NCBI GenBank assembly: GCA_951406725.2
Contig: OX597819.1
Coordinates: 25,854,001-25,918,000, forward strand
Direction: 5' to 3'
DNA length: 64,000 nt
DNA from: Octopus vulgaris
Lineage: Eukaryota
The notes beneath the pieces were generated by a model. The model saw nothing but the letters and a program-made list of their open reading frames with translations, did not search any database and was not told where the DNA came from. Below, in pieces: positions 28,358 through 42,952 of the stretch. Both the position numbers and the translations under genes were made by a program. Numbering within the stretch: the first letter of the stretch is position 1; the number at the start of each line of letters is the position of its first letter.

Positions 28358-29435
28358 AGATGTATGTGAAAGACCTGAGACTGCACCCAGCTTGTATTTG
28401 TTGCATCTCAATAGACTGGTGCACTGGAAAAAGGGGCAAAATGGAACACAATGGGCTTCCTGATCCAGATAATGGAACTATGAGCTGATGATGATGATGA
28501 TAAATTTTTTATCGAGTATACCATGTGCCTTCACACGAAAAAAATAAAACTATTTTAATTAATAGACATGGTTTAAAATCTCATCATCTTGATTTGCATT
28601 GGAACTGATTAATTCCGTTCGTTAATGAATGTACTTAATCTCAAAAGTGTTCTTGTAATTATACTAATTTAGCAACTCATTAGTAGTTAAATTAGATGCT
28701 CTTTAGGACAATATATTATCTGATAGAAAGCAAATAGGTTTTTCTGCTTAAGAAACCATATTTGAAATGGTTTTGCACTTGATATGTTTTGCCCGTCAAA
28801 GCGTTTAACGCAGTGTAAATAGAATATTCTGTTATTCTGATATTGTGTTACATGATTCAATCATTTGACTGTGGCCATGCTGTAGCACCGTCTTAAACGG
28901 CTTACTCTTTGTAAACGTAGTAATTATTTTATCGATTAGCTTTGCCGAACCACTAGGCCACGGGGACGTAAGCACACCAACATCAGTTGTCTAGCGCGCT
29001 GGTTGGAGGAAAAACACAACGCAAGATACATATTCATGAATATATATATATATATATATATTTCGGAAATGTACTTGCATAGCAAGTGACCTGAACTGAT
29101 ATCGTGTGCTGGAACGAAAACAATTGCAGCGTGGAAAGTGCTTATAAGCCATTTAAGAAACACACAAAAACCGTTAGATTCACTTAAAAATTTTAATTTA
29201 ATTCGCGAAAACATTTTCGTCGCTTTGAGATCGCGACCTGTTCCCTGACAAAATTCCGTGCTGCGACGAAAATATTTTGGCAAGCTAAATTTAAATAAAT
29301 CTGATGGTTTTTTGTGCTTGGAACCACTCGAATATTCCAGAAGGTGCTCGAAAAATAAGGTGGGTTGCCTTAGTTCACTGGTAGTGAACAGCTGACACAC
29401 TAATACATTTCCAGCATTAGAAGCTGTGCAAAGGC

Positions 29436-29553
<118 letters not shown>

Positions 29554-30016
29554 CATGAATATATAACATGAAGATATTTCGCTACTGCTCCCCGCAAGCT
29601 TTCAGTCATTCTATAACATCTCTTACCCTTCACTTGCCTTAGTGCGCTGAGTGTGTCTCGGTAAGCGATTGTAACAAATATGCAGACTAAAAGTAAATAA
29701 CAACATCAATAACATTAATAATTATAATGAATACACTGTTAATATCGTAGTTTATGCACCGTCATCCTGCTAGAATGCGAATGGTGTCGATTGTGAAATA
29801 AATTTAACCATTTGTCGCAGCATATTATCAAATAAAAATAAAAATGTTTTATTAATGTATATAGCAACCCTGTAAACATTAATAATGCATTGGATCTACC
29901 ACTTGTTCAATGATTATATATATATATTTCCATAACAATAACCTCTGTATCTATATCACTTTATCACATTAAAGGAAATATCGTAAGCAAGTACGACACA
30001 ATGAAGTGCTTCTGTT

Positions 30017-30047
<31 letters not shown>

Positions 30048-30204
30048 TGCTCTCATTCTCTCTCTCTCTCTCTCTCCTCTCTCTCACACATACACACATG
30101 TTTCCACAGACATCTCAATAGTAAACAGACCATCCTCATTATATTGTTTTATCTGTGCGGACTGAACTTGTGCACCAAATATGTTAATGTATTATTTTTC
30201 ACTG

Positions 30205-30402
30205 GGAGATACGTTTTTCACTGGGAGATACGTTAGCACACCAGGCGCAATGCTTAGCGGCATTTCATCTGTCTTTTCGTTCTGAGTTCAAATTCCGCTG
30301 AGGTCGATTTTGCCTTTCGTCTTTTCGGGGTCGATAAATTAAGTACCAGTTGCGTACTGAGGTCGATCTAATCGACTGACCGTTGTACCTAGAGTAGAAA
30401 AG
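30205..30402 (+). mobile_element. Meta-like SINE with 14-bp TSD
   Basis: ATTATTTTTCACTG at 30191-30204 and 30403-30416. Internal GCCTTTCGTCTTTTCGGGGTCGATAAATTAAGTACCAG. Confidence 0.8.
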
Positions 30403-30559
30403 ATTATTTTTCACTGCTCATTACACTGTACTTAATTGTTTGTAGGAAACAATCACGTCACGAATACCAGACACAAAATGTTGTCTGATTTCCAAGAAGG
30501 GCATATTTAGTGTGAGCCTCATTGTAGACTTAGCCAATAAAAGTTCGTACAAAAACTTG

Positions 30560-30905
30560 GGAATCCTTGCTTCCGCTATGTTTTTGGGACGTAAACACAC
30601 CAACACAGGCTGTCAAGCAGTGGTTGAAGACAAACATATGTACACTCAGGCACGCACACACGCACACACACACATATAAATACACTCGCAACACACACAC
30701 ACACTCACACAAACATATATATAATATATGTTGCATATGTGTGTATGTGACAGGCTTCTTTCAGTTTCCGTCTACCAAATGAAATCACAAGGCTTTGGTC
30801 AGCCCGCAGCTTTATTAGAAGACATTTTCCCACAGTGTCAGGCAGTGGGACTGAATCGGAAGGCACGTGCTTCGGAAGTTAACTTCTTACCACACTACCA
30901 TGCCT
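30560..30905 (-). mobile_element. Decayed dominant SINE copy
   Basis: GGGACGTAAACACACCAAC...CAAGGCTTTGGTC...GCAGTGGGACTGAA, as in 45790-46207. Confidence 0.65.
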
Positions 30906-31169
30906 GTGTTTTTATAAAGTTTATTTTCGTGACGTCACTCTCTGGCTACTCTGCATCAGGTACACAGAATCATCAGAAACGTTATGACGGATAATTTATA
31001 GGCTTTGCCCCTCTTTATGTATAGATTTTTTGTCATGGAATATGGTGGTGGAGAGGAAATCTGATAAAGTAGCGATGGGGATAGGTAGAGAAGACATAAA
31101 AGAAAGAGGAACATGAAAAAAGAATACGGAAAACGAAAAAGAGGGAACAGAAGAGAAAAATACAATTCT

Positions 31170-32100
<931 letters not shown>

Positions 32101-32372
32101 AATTCCGAGTTCGATTCCAAACAGTGAGCTAAATAATAATAATAATAGTAATAATAATAATAGAAGTAATAATAATGATAATAATAATAATAATGATAAT
32201 GATAATAATAATAATAATTACATCGAAAAATACCTTAGCAATGAGAACCCATGTTAGAAATTTCCCCATGACACCTGATGAACGCTGGAGTGTATAACAG
32301 CCGAAACGTTGTGTTAGCAACAAACAAGATGAGGACAAATATTCGTGAAATGTAAATAATGTAAATAATGTA
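32101..32372 (+). mobile_element. tRNA-headed, hammerhead-tailed SINE-like element (right copy)
   Basis: B box GAGTTCGATTCC at ~32107-32118, then (AAT)n, then a tail homologous to 31170-31345 in inverted orientation. Confidence 0.7.
32270..32315 (+). ncRNA. Minimal type-I hammerhead ribozyme
   Basis: GACAC CTGATGA A CGCTG-loop-CAGCC GAAA C GTT GTGTT: stem I, intact core and a palindromic AACGTT stem III. Confidence 0.75.
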
Positions 32373-33243
32373 GAAGAGAAAAAAGGGGAAAGGGAAGAAA
32401 GAAGGAGTAAGGAACAATTAAATAATAGAAGAAATGAAGTGTCTATTGATATAGAAGAAGGAAGCGAGGTGGGCAGATTTTAGAATGGTTAAAAAATGCA
32501 ATGAAATTTTTCAATAGAAAAAATAGCAAATCATGAACTTTACAACCAGTAGCAATTAATAGTAGAAATGGATGAGACAATAAGTAAATAAATGAATATT
32601 TTCATGACAGGTATAATAAATAACAACAGTGTAACCAATTGAAAGGAACGTAGGAAAAAAAATATCGCAACAAAATATAGAGTAATAAAGGCAAAGGTAT
32701 TTAAGGGTTAAATTCAATGAAGGAAAATATATACCAGATGAATGGGTTCAAACAATTGAAGTGCAGGTCATAAGTAACAATTGAAGTGATAGCCATAAAT
32801 AAAATAGATAATAATAAAAGAGAATAAGAATAATCACTCCTGCTCAGGTATCAGAAGATTAAATTTATCCACTATTCTCTCTGCGAATAGTAGAAAGAAG
32901 GGAGAAAGGTGTCTTCAAAAGAGGAGGAGAAAGATATTTTCATTTGAGTGCCTGTATTTATATAAAATATTATATAAGTCGTCAGCTCTACATTTTCTAC
33001 GACTGAAATACATCATACCACCGGCTAACCAAGTTTAACCAGTGGGAGCATAGCGCAATTTACGAGCTTTTCCTCAGCTTCCAACGTGTAAATGAAGTGG
33101 AATGTGGTTGAAATGTGAACGCTGCTAATCTGAAAGCAATACAAGAAATTACATACATTAGTACCACGCCTATGACAATATGTATACTAGGGTATCTACA
33201 ACAGCAGTACCAGCAGCAGCAGTAGCAGCAGTAGCATTAGTGA

Positions 33244-33313
<70 letters not shown>

Positions 33314-35036
33314 TCAATAATTGAAGATACTTTGCCTTAGACTATTACTTTCTATAAAAAATTATATTTTGTTTCATTCTGATAATGCCTACCTACCTCC
33401 ATGCATACATACGTACATACATCCATACCCACATACACACACACACACACATATAAATGAGGTATGTATGTATATAAACAGCTGTCTGTCACTTAGTAGT
33501 TGGAATTTGTTGTCGGTAGACCAATTCTTATGCCGTATACCAGACGTTGCATGCAATGCGGCTCCAATGCTTCCAGGAATAGGCAAACGTCCTAAAATAT
33601 TTCCTGATAATTAAAATGTTCACACAATCTTTTATTAATGCTGGTAATAAGAAAAATTCGTATTGTAATTGCATGTATCACAAATTGGTTTTTATATGTT
33701 ATTTTGTCTTAATCAAAACTGCATTAGAGAAACATGTTGCGAAATTAAGCAAATGGATTTTAAATATTTCAAAACATTAATTTCTCTACTGCTCATAAGT
33801 TCTCTTTGATAATACATGCTTTCGTGATAATATCAGCTTTTGTTTTCAGGCATAATTAATCTACAGCTGCATTGGTCAATGTTACCTTCCTTTCTTAAAA
33901 TGGCAGAACGTATTGTGGCTGTTAAATTTAGCAGGAAAATCTACTGGGTAGTTCTTTCGTCTTTAACCGTATGTTTGACACGAAATGATTTACTGATCAG
34001 AGGTACGGATCACATATTTATCCGTTTTATTGAGCATTGGTGCCCATACCCAATATGATACTGTTATGGTATAAGGACATTAATTTTACTATCAACGAAG
34101 ATCAAACTAACAGAAAGACCTCTACGCGGCTGCTTGACTTGCTAGATAATACTTACATATTTCGACTTAAACATCTCTTATCTTAATAAAAACAAAACAT
34201 GCTTGGCAATGTAGTAGCTGCACTGTACCTGTGATCTTTCTACTTTGGACACCTTTAATGATATGTTTGCTTCATTAAAGATAAGTCGTGTAAACAGCTA
34301 GAACTGACTCGAATTTACTGCACATTGTTAGCTCACATCCAGCACACGTATATTTGCTATATATATTAACACTTATATTAACCTAATGAGCATTTTATTT
34401 TTTCTCTTTCAATTTATAGATTTAACCAGTACAAATATCAAGGAACCCAAAAAGGCTATATACTGCCACAAGGAAATATATTCATAGAATAAACTATATT
34501 CTTTGATTGGATACATCGCAAACAAAATTGACATTTTACATTCTCAACACTGTTACATATTGGAATTACAATCATAAATATTGGTATGTAGTTAAATACT
34601 TTCTCTTCTTATCACTGCTTACAGGCTTGGTTATTTTGTTTCAGCTCCTGATATACTTTTGCTTTTGACTCTACGTAAATAAATTTTTATGGAGAAAAAA
34701 AATCATATAATTTATTTTAGTGTGGTTGTATGAGAATAAAATATGAAGCATTAGCTTTTCATTGTATGACGTATGCCAGCACGGTCTAAGATTTCGTTCA
34801 TCTCGTTTCTATAAAATTTACCCTTTAAGCTTAAGAGTAATATATAAAAGATAATTAAAAAAAGCACTCAATTTCATATATAGATGAATTATAGGTTTCA
34901 CAATAGAACCAATTAGGAAAAATGTTTCGAAATATCACTATAATGTTAATGGTGATATTCATTCAACTGCATAATAGTTTCATGAAATAACGTGTAAGTG
35001 GTTGAGTATTCCATACACAGATTTTCCCGTAAAGTA

Positions 35037-35913
35037 CAGGGTATTCCAGAAGTCTTGGGCACATTTTCACATTGAATATCTCGAAAACTCTAAAGGACAT
35101 AAAAATGCATCTGATATATTCTGAAAGTCTGCAACTTCAGTTTTTTGTTATGGAATGTTCAAAGATGTTCAATGTGAGCACCGTTGGTCACACGGAACAC
35201 ATCAAGCCGATAGTCCAATTCTTGCCAAACGCATTCCAGCATTGCGTTGTCGATTGTTGCAACAGCTTTCATTATTCGAGCCTTCAGTTCATCCACGTCT
35301 TTTGGAAGGGGAGGCACATCGTCCAGTCCTTTCACAAACGCCTACAAAAAGAAATCGCAGGGTGTGAGCTCTGGAGACCGGGGAGGCCAAGGCATGAGAA
35401 CGTCATCATCTCGCCCACACCTTCCAATCCATCTGTCTGGCAGTGTTCTGTTCAGATACTGTCTAACCATGAGGCTCCAGTGCGGTGGTGCTCCATCCTG
35501 TTGGAATATGAAGTCCCTAATAGCGCTTCTCCAATCGATTTACTCGCTCAAACATATCATCTGAAGTTGAGGGGCGTCCCGTTCTCTTAACTGGGCACAA
35601 ACTCCCATCCTTCATGAATTTACCATGTCATCTCAATATGGACTTCCTTTCTGGTGCCTCTTTTCGGAATTTTGTGCGAAATGTACGTTGAACAAGTATC
35701 TATGATTCAGTTTTTGCAAATTCAAGGACGCAAAATGCCTTTTCTGGTTGAGTGAACGCCAATAATAGATCTGAAAAAATATGAAAGAAGTATTAGCATT
35801 ACAAAAGACTTAATGAATTTAGCTTTAAAATGGTACCAGTTTGATCTTACAAACAATCATAGTCAAGCAGATATGAGGACTTGAAATGTGCCCAAGCCTT
35901 CTGGAACACCCTG
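35037..35913 (-). mobile_element. Internally deleted Tc1/mariner-superfamily transposon (DD41D/rosa-like)
   Basis: TIRs CAGGGTATTCCAGAAGTCTTGGGCACATTT and AAATGTGCCCAAGCCTTCTGGAACACCCTG, TA TSD. Minus translation FQQDGAPPHW...RWIGR...WPPRSPELTPCDFFL*. Confidence 0.9.
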
Positions 35914-36178
35914 TATTTGTCACGCTAAATCAACGTGAAAAGTTTGCAAGAACGATCCACCGAAAGGGTTTCTGTACAGTTTCCATTAACTCGATTTTTA
36001 TTCATAAGGTACTGGTAGAGCCAGGTTATAGAAAATAATGTTCTGCCAAAATACCACAATTTGAATTGAAACCAACGTCATGGTTTAGTGGCTAACCTCT
36101 CAACCATTCGGTTGTGCTACCCCTGCTCTGTTATAATAAAATAATTGCAAAATAATGAGAACAATTAAACTTTAACAC

Positions 36179-36222
<44 letters not shown>

Positions 36223-36450
36223 TATTTATTTATTATTTTGTACTTTACTTAATTATAGGTATATGTTTTATCGTATATTTAATTTTTTTTCTCTATATTA
36301 TGATTTATTTATATCATTGTTGAATTGCATGGTGGTACTTCTCTAATTTATATACATATATTATATATTATGAAATTTGATTTAGCGTTACTAAATTGAA
36401 TTTTCCCTGTAAGTTTGGAATCATATTCCCTATTATTATTAGTATTATTA

Positions 36451-36519
<69 letters not shown>

Positions 36520-36528
36520 TATATATAT

Positions 36529-36570
<42 letters not shown>

Positions 36571-36582
<12 letters not shown>

Positions 36583-37092
36583 TTCGAGACAAAACCACTA
36601 TTTTGCAAATCAAACAAGGAAAGACTTAATCGATACATAAAAAATTTTAATATAAAGTAATCCACTCACAAGGCTTTGGCCGGCCCGAGGCTATAGTTGA
36701 AGATACCTGCCCAAGGTGCCACGCAGTGGAACTGAACCCGGTACCAGGTGGTTGGTAAACAAGCTACTTACCACACAGCCACTCCTGCGCCTATATATTG
36801 TTATATTCTCTTATATTCTTTTGAAAACCAGTAAATTTTATAACTTCAGATTTATAAGCATTGGAAAATTAAGCTTTTACCATTTAATTCTATGCAAATT
36901 ATTATTACATATCTGTTATTTCACGAAGTAATAGTTTCAAACGGCACTATCGATTAAGTCTTTCCTTGTTTGATTAGCAAAATAGTGGTTTTGTCTCGAA
37001 TTAATATTATATAATATTTTACTATAAAATTGGATTTAATCCTAAATCTGATTTTTTTCCCAGTAAATTTGGATTTATTCCCTAATATTTAT

Positions 37093-37139
<47 letters not shown>

Positions 37140-37442
37140 AGTGGCCGGATATAGTGCCGTTTGAAACTATTACTTCGTGAAATAACAGATATGTAATAAT
37201 AATTTGCATAGAATTAAATGGTAAAAGCTTAATTTTGCAATGCTTATAAGTCTGAAGTTATAAAATTTACTGGTTTTCAAAAGAATATAAGAGAATATAA
37301 CAATATATAGGCGCAGGAGTGGCTGTGTGGTAAGTAGCTTGTTTACCAACCACCTGGTACCGGGTTCAGTTCCACTGCGTGGCATCTTGGGCAGGTATCT
37401 TCAACTATAGCCTCGAGCCGACCAAAGCCTTGTGAGTGGATT
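36571..37442. repeat. Nested inverted duplications (36571-36635/36948-37012 and 36659-36950/37151-37442)
   Basis: Reverse-complement matches read directly. Mirrored ORFs 36716+ and 37385-. Confidence 0.9.
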
Positions 37443-37712
37443 TGGTGGACGGAAACTGAAAGAAGCCCGTCGTATATATGTATATATATGTGTGTATATG
37501 TGTGTTTGTGTGTCTGTGTTTGTCCGCCTAGCATTGCTTGGCAACCGGTGCTGGTGTGTTTATGTCCCCGTTACCTAGCGGTTCGGCAAATGAGACCGAT
37601 AGAATAATTACTGGGCTTACAAAAGAATAACTCCCGGGGTCGATTTGCTCGATTGAAGGCGGTGCTCCAGCATGGCCGCAGTCAAATGACTGAAACAAGT
37701 AAAAGAGTAAAG
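37310..37712 (+). mobile_element. Dominant tRNA/CORE-like SINE, full length
   Basis: GGCGCAGGAGTGGCTGTGTGGTAAG (A box), GGGTTCAGTTCC (B box), CTTGGGCAGGTATCTTC core, internal (TG)n and an AAAGAGT-repeat tail. Confidence 0.85.
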
Positions 37713-38029
37713 AGTAAAGGTAAAGAAATTGCTTTAACCGAGAATCAAACATACCAGTGACAAACCGACCTCTTCAGAATGATTCCAAAACATTTACGCC
37801 TTCAGCTCCAGTGCTTCTTACATACTAATACATACAGAATTATATATTTGGGCTAGTTGTGCTTTGCACACACAAAAACAGACATTCCCCATTGATTGAC
37901 AAAGACACGCGCGCGCGTACACAAACACAGATACCAACCAGCATAATGCATATTATGGCTTATAGTTGCACTTTTTTGTTATAAAACTGGTATCTAGTTG
38001 CATAACGCACTAACTATGGTCCACATAAT

Positions 38030-38358
38030 ATATGGAGCACTCCGTCGGTTGCGATGACGAGGGTCCCAGCTGATACGAACAACGTTACAGCTTGCTCGTG
38101 AAATTAACGTGTAAGTGGCTTAGCACTCCACAAACACATGTACCCTTAACATAGTTCTCGAGGAGATTCAGCGTGACACTGTGTGACAAGGCTGGCTCTT
38201 TGAAATACAGGTACTACTCATTTTTGCCAACTGAGTCGACTGGAGCAACGTGAAATAAAGTGCCTTGCTCAAGGATACAATGCGCCACTGGGAATTGAAC
38301 TACCGGCCTTACGATCATGAGCCGAATACCCTTAACCTCTAAGCCACGCGCCTTCACA
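38030..38358 (-). mobile_element. tRNA-derived SINE (family of 975-1296)
   Basis: Minus head GAAGGCGCGTGGCTTAGAGGTTAAGGG...AGTTCAATTCCC...CCTTGAGCAAGGCACTT. Confidence 0.8.
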
Positions 38359-38846
38359 CATGAGATATACGCTCTTCGCATCTCTATACTTTAATCAAAC
38401 AATTAATTCTTGTAACTACCATCAATCGAAACTCTCTTTCTATTTAGATTATTTCTACACTGTAGACCTATAAATGTTCAAATTGAATATTGGGGATATT
38501 GATATCAGTAATTGTGGATGACCTATATTGACAATGACCTTTCTTTAATCATTGATTAATTACAAAACATTTTACAGTCTCACTTCAGCAGACTTATACT
38601 TTTTTCCGAAGGTAGTTGCCACACATCTACTGCGTTCAAATTTCTGGCTCGACAAGCTTTCATTAAATGTCTTTTAAAAAAATTTCCGTCATTATACTGA
38701 GTGTCAATTTGCAATGTTTTAGGCATTGATGTCAATCCCAGTAGTGATTTTTAAATCCGTACCCATTTTAGTGATTTATATGTATATTTATTACACTGCT
38801 ATTTTAGAGAGGATATAAACACAGACACAAACATACTTACATATAT

Positions 38847-38884
<38 letters not shown>

Positions 38885-39910
38885 ACACACACACACACAT
38901 CACCATCCGCGGTTGTCCTGTCTTCTGATTTCACCTGCTACAGGTCCTAGGCCATAACAGTATATATTAGCCCGGCGTTCCACACTGAAACAATAAGCTT
39001 TAATGCTAAATTCTTAGCCAAACATCTCCTGCTGCACCCTCTTTGAAACAAATTTGTTGTAATGTACAAAGCACAGAAGGAAAACTTAGGCTAGGAGTGA
39101 GCAGAGTAGATAATGTTCAGATGTTGTGATAGGAATTAGAAGTAATGTCCGGCGTAAAGAATACGACTGTTATGATGAACACCTAACGGCAACAATATAT
39201 CTACATAAATTCTCCTTAAAATATATCGATCGATATAATTTAGGGGATATTCAATATCCCCTATCGCTTATTTGATGACAATGTTATTGTAGAATGTCGA
39301 TATTATGATGTTCACTTTTATATACAAAGGTTGAAGGTGAGTAGACAACTATTGTGAGAGCTAGCAATTTAATCACTGACTGTAATTCACGCAAACTTTT
39401 CATCCTTTTCTTTTAGAGCAGGCTTTGTTTCATTTTTATATTCTTGCATTATTTTCAGTCGTTGAAGTGATGCAATATTGGTGCAGTGGTTCAAGCATAT
39501 TCCTCGATAATATCGAACCAAGAATTTATTCCAAACTTATGTTTATTTTCTTTTGCACGTTAAACTACTAACCAACGAAATACAAGCCCATCATAAACAC
39601 TGTTAGTGTTTTAAACACACGCAGACGCGATCGCAAACACACATATAGGTAGGTTTGCAAAGGAAAGAAGAAAGGACTCAGAATCTAATGTTCAGTTTAA
39701 ATATTTGTAATAAAAGATTGCACTAGAAATGTTTAATTGAACTTTCACGTACTGCTCTGTACTCTCTGTCACTTTTATGACCTCTGATAATTTTGCCCCT
39801 AGGTTAAAATTTCTAATAAGTGAAACATTTCATTTCTGATGTGACCTCGTGAGTACCACTGGCGATTTTTTCCCTCTGTCTTCCCTTCTCGGTATCTTTC
39901 CTTCTCCTTT

Positions 39911-39945
39911 GTTTCCGACGAAGAGCTCCGCTCGAAACGTTAAAC
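39911..39945 (+). ncRNA. Minimal type-I hammerhead (U4C variant) in a ~200-bp PLE pLTR-like repeat (39840-40040)
   Basis: GTTT CCGACGA A GAGC-TCC-GCTC GAAA C GTT AAAC. A related decayed copy lies at 46373-46407 (minus). Confidence 0.7.
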
Positions 39946-40036
39946 CCTCCTTCTTCCCTTCTTTCCTGAGCGTCCAATAATACTTTATTTGTTCCACATC
40001 CTTGCGTTGTTGTGTTTTTTGTTTTCTTGTTTGGAT

Positions 40037-40085
<49 letters not shown>

Positions 40086-40139
40086 TGAACATTCATATAG
40101 ATATGCCCTCGAATCCCACGCTACCTATCAACAAACTGT

Positions 40140-40530
40140 GTCTTCTACTATCCATGACCTTATCTCCTCCTCCAGTTTCCTTCTTACCGTCTTCAATCTC
40201 ATTGCATGCCATCACTCCCACCATTTACTTCCTTCCCAAAATGCACAAGCCCCAAAGTCCTGGGCACTCCATGGTTTCCAGCTGTAACCGCCCCCACGGA
40301 ATTGATCGCAAAATACCTTGACTGTGTCCATGCCCCCTTAGTGGGTTCACTCCCCTCCCACATTGTCGACACTAACCATGATCTTCGTCTCTTCGACTCT
40401 TTCTTCTTCCCTCTTGGCCCCTCAACACTTTTCTTCAATCTTCATATCAAGAGTCTATATACGGCGATCCCACACAATGAAGGACTTTTTGCACACAAAC
40501 GCTTGCTAGACTTTCGACGCAACCCCCATA
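40140..40530 (+). pseudogene. Penelope-like reverse transcriptase fragment, frameshifted
   Basis: PTIYFLPKMHKP...PTELIAKYLD...LPSHIVDTNH...IKSLYTAIPHNEGL matches PLE RT motifs (YxLPKxHK; DxxSLYTxIP). Confidence 0.85.
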
Positions 40531-40564
40531 AACCTGTCTTCGTCTTTTCTTTTTCTGTAAATTT

Positions 40565-40622
<58 letters not shown>

Positions 40623-40790
40623 AAAATCCATGCGAAAATTATATAATAAAATATTTAAGTATAAAGAAGATATTTTAAGAAAATACTTTTAAAAACTTTT
40701 TAAAATGTTCTATCAAGATCTTACTAACCAAAAAGGTTAGTAACATCCTAGTGTTGTCAATTAAACATTTCAAACAGACGTGCTCTTGGT

Positions 40791-40829
<39 letters not shown>

Positions 40830-40836
<7 letters not shown>

Positions 40837-41490
40837 AATAAAGCGTAAAATTCATTAATTAACTAGTAATTAATAATTCCACCAAGTAGTATTTGGCATT
40901 TTAAAAGGACCATTTTTCGGTAAACTTAAACAATATTCTAAAATTATGAGTATAATTATAATTAGCGTTCAGCAAAAATTTGCTTGACCACATACCAAAC
41001 TTTAGAGATAGCAGCCAAAGAACCTTAGCTATTTCTTCTACTATAACAAATTCTCAAAACAACCCACGTAGACAGAGAAGAAAAACAACGAAATTCACTC
41101 GGTATTTGATTACCTGTGGACGCGTTTCGGAATTAGATCGGAATTAGATCTGAATTGCCTAGGTGTTGTTCTAAATAACAATAGTGCTAAAGTTAGGAAG
41201 GAGAAGGAAGGAGACAAAGAAGAAGAAAGAGAAGCAAGAATAAGAAGGAATGTAGGTAGTGTGAAAGTAGTAATGTGTTAAATGTTCAAATGACTTAAAA
41301 TTGACGCGTTATGGATTATACCAGTGATTGGGACTGCTTTTTAATGAATTCTTGGGAAAGTCTTGAGTGTATCATTTTTAATATTTGCGTGTGTATTTGT
41401 GTTATTCTAAGGCCGTTGTAGATATGTCGTTTGTCGTAGATGCGTTCAAAAGGGGTTTGTCTTTTGTAATAAAGAGAGTCTCTTTACTAA
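40830..41490 (-). mobile_element. 3' end of a Penelope-like element
   Basis: Minus translation [16 protein letters not shown] resembles the GIY-YIG C-terminal E..I....P.LN motif. An HHR 3' half GAAACGCGTC lies near 41120-41130. Flanked by (TA)n. Confidence 0.6.
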
Positions 41491-41523
41491 TTCGTATATA
41501 TACACACATACATACATACATCC

Positions 41524-41555
<32 letters not shown>

Positions 41556-41576
41556 GTATGTATGTATGTGTATATA

Positions 41577-41607
<31 letters not shown>

Positions 41608-41614
41608 ATGTATG

Positions 41615-41647
<33 letters not shown>

Positions 41648-42588
41648 GTATATATATATGTATATATATATATGTATGTATATATATATATATTCTTTTA
41701 TTCTTTTATCCTTTTACTTGTTTCAGTCATTTGACTGCGGCCATGCTGGGGCACCAACTTTATTCGAACAAATCAACCCTAGGACTTATTATTTGCAAGC
41801 CTAATACTTATTCTATCGATATCTGATATGTGTGTGTGTTTGTGTGTGTATATGTGTATTGTGATGTGTGAATCACAAGCGATTTATGTAAACTCACATG
41901 TAGATCAAGGCTCACTATGAGATTGAGTATGGAGGAAAATGTCTCCTATATACTCATTACCTTTCAAGCAGAACATACTCTAAATGACGTCAGTGGTTTG
42001 TAAGATACCTTTGCTTCAGTTTCATTTAGCCTCTTTAAAGACAGGCAAAAGTATAGCTCCGCTGTCTATTAAATTCTCTATCTATCCATCTAACTACCCG
42101 TCTATCTGCCTGTCTATATGTCTCTCTTTGTGTCTGTGTGATGTCTGTCTAGCTATCTATCTCTATACACAGCCTGGCACAACATTCACACACACACATA
42201 TCTGAACGAAATTCCACGCCTTAGGTAATAGCCAGCCTCAGATGATGGGCGAAATGTCTTGTAACAAAGTTTTTATTGCTTCTGTGTAATATTGTTCAAT
42301 ATGTCAAACAATGGCCCCTAAAATATAGAGGACAATTTACGCTGTTTGAAATATTTGTTTCACTGAAGTTCCGCATGAAATACGCCATGTTTGAAAAGCA
42401 AATATTTCCTACAGGCGAGAAGCACTGCAAAACAAAGATGCAGTACATAGCAGTGCGACAGCAGTCTACAACACTAGTCGGCAGACTGAGGCAAGAGGGT
42501 CGCATCAAGTGGCTTCTAGTGGCAGAAGCCTCAACTACAAAGGGCTTATCACGCAGAGATCATTTCCAGTTACTTTTCGGTAGCTCCT

Positions 42589-42652
<64 letters not shown>

Positions 42653-42912
42653 CATATGCATATATAGGTATAGGACGTCACCAACTGTAAACAACATGAA
42701 ATGCGAAAACAAATGAGTTCAATACGCAAACATCGAGAGAAATAAATGTTTTCCATTTGTTTTATATATATATATATATGGCTGGCAAGGACACCGAGAT
42801 GGTGTCAGCTCTTCTGGTGACGTTGATGTTCGCCTGGGGCTAAATGCATCAGTAACACCCCCACCGCCCCGCCCTGACCCTAGCCACATTCAGATGGCTG
42901 ATCCCCCTTATG

Positions 42913-42949
<37 letters not shown>

Positions 42950-42952
<3 letters not shown>

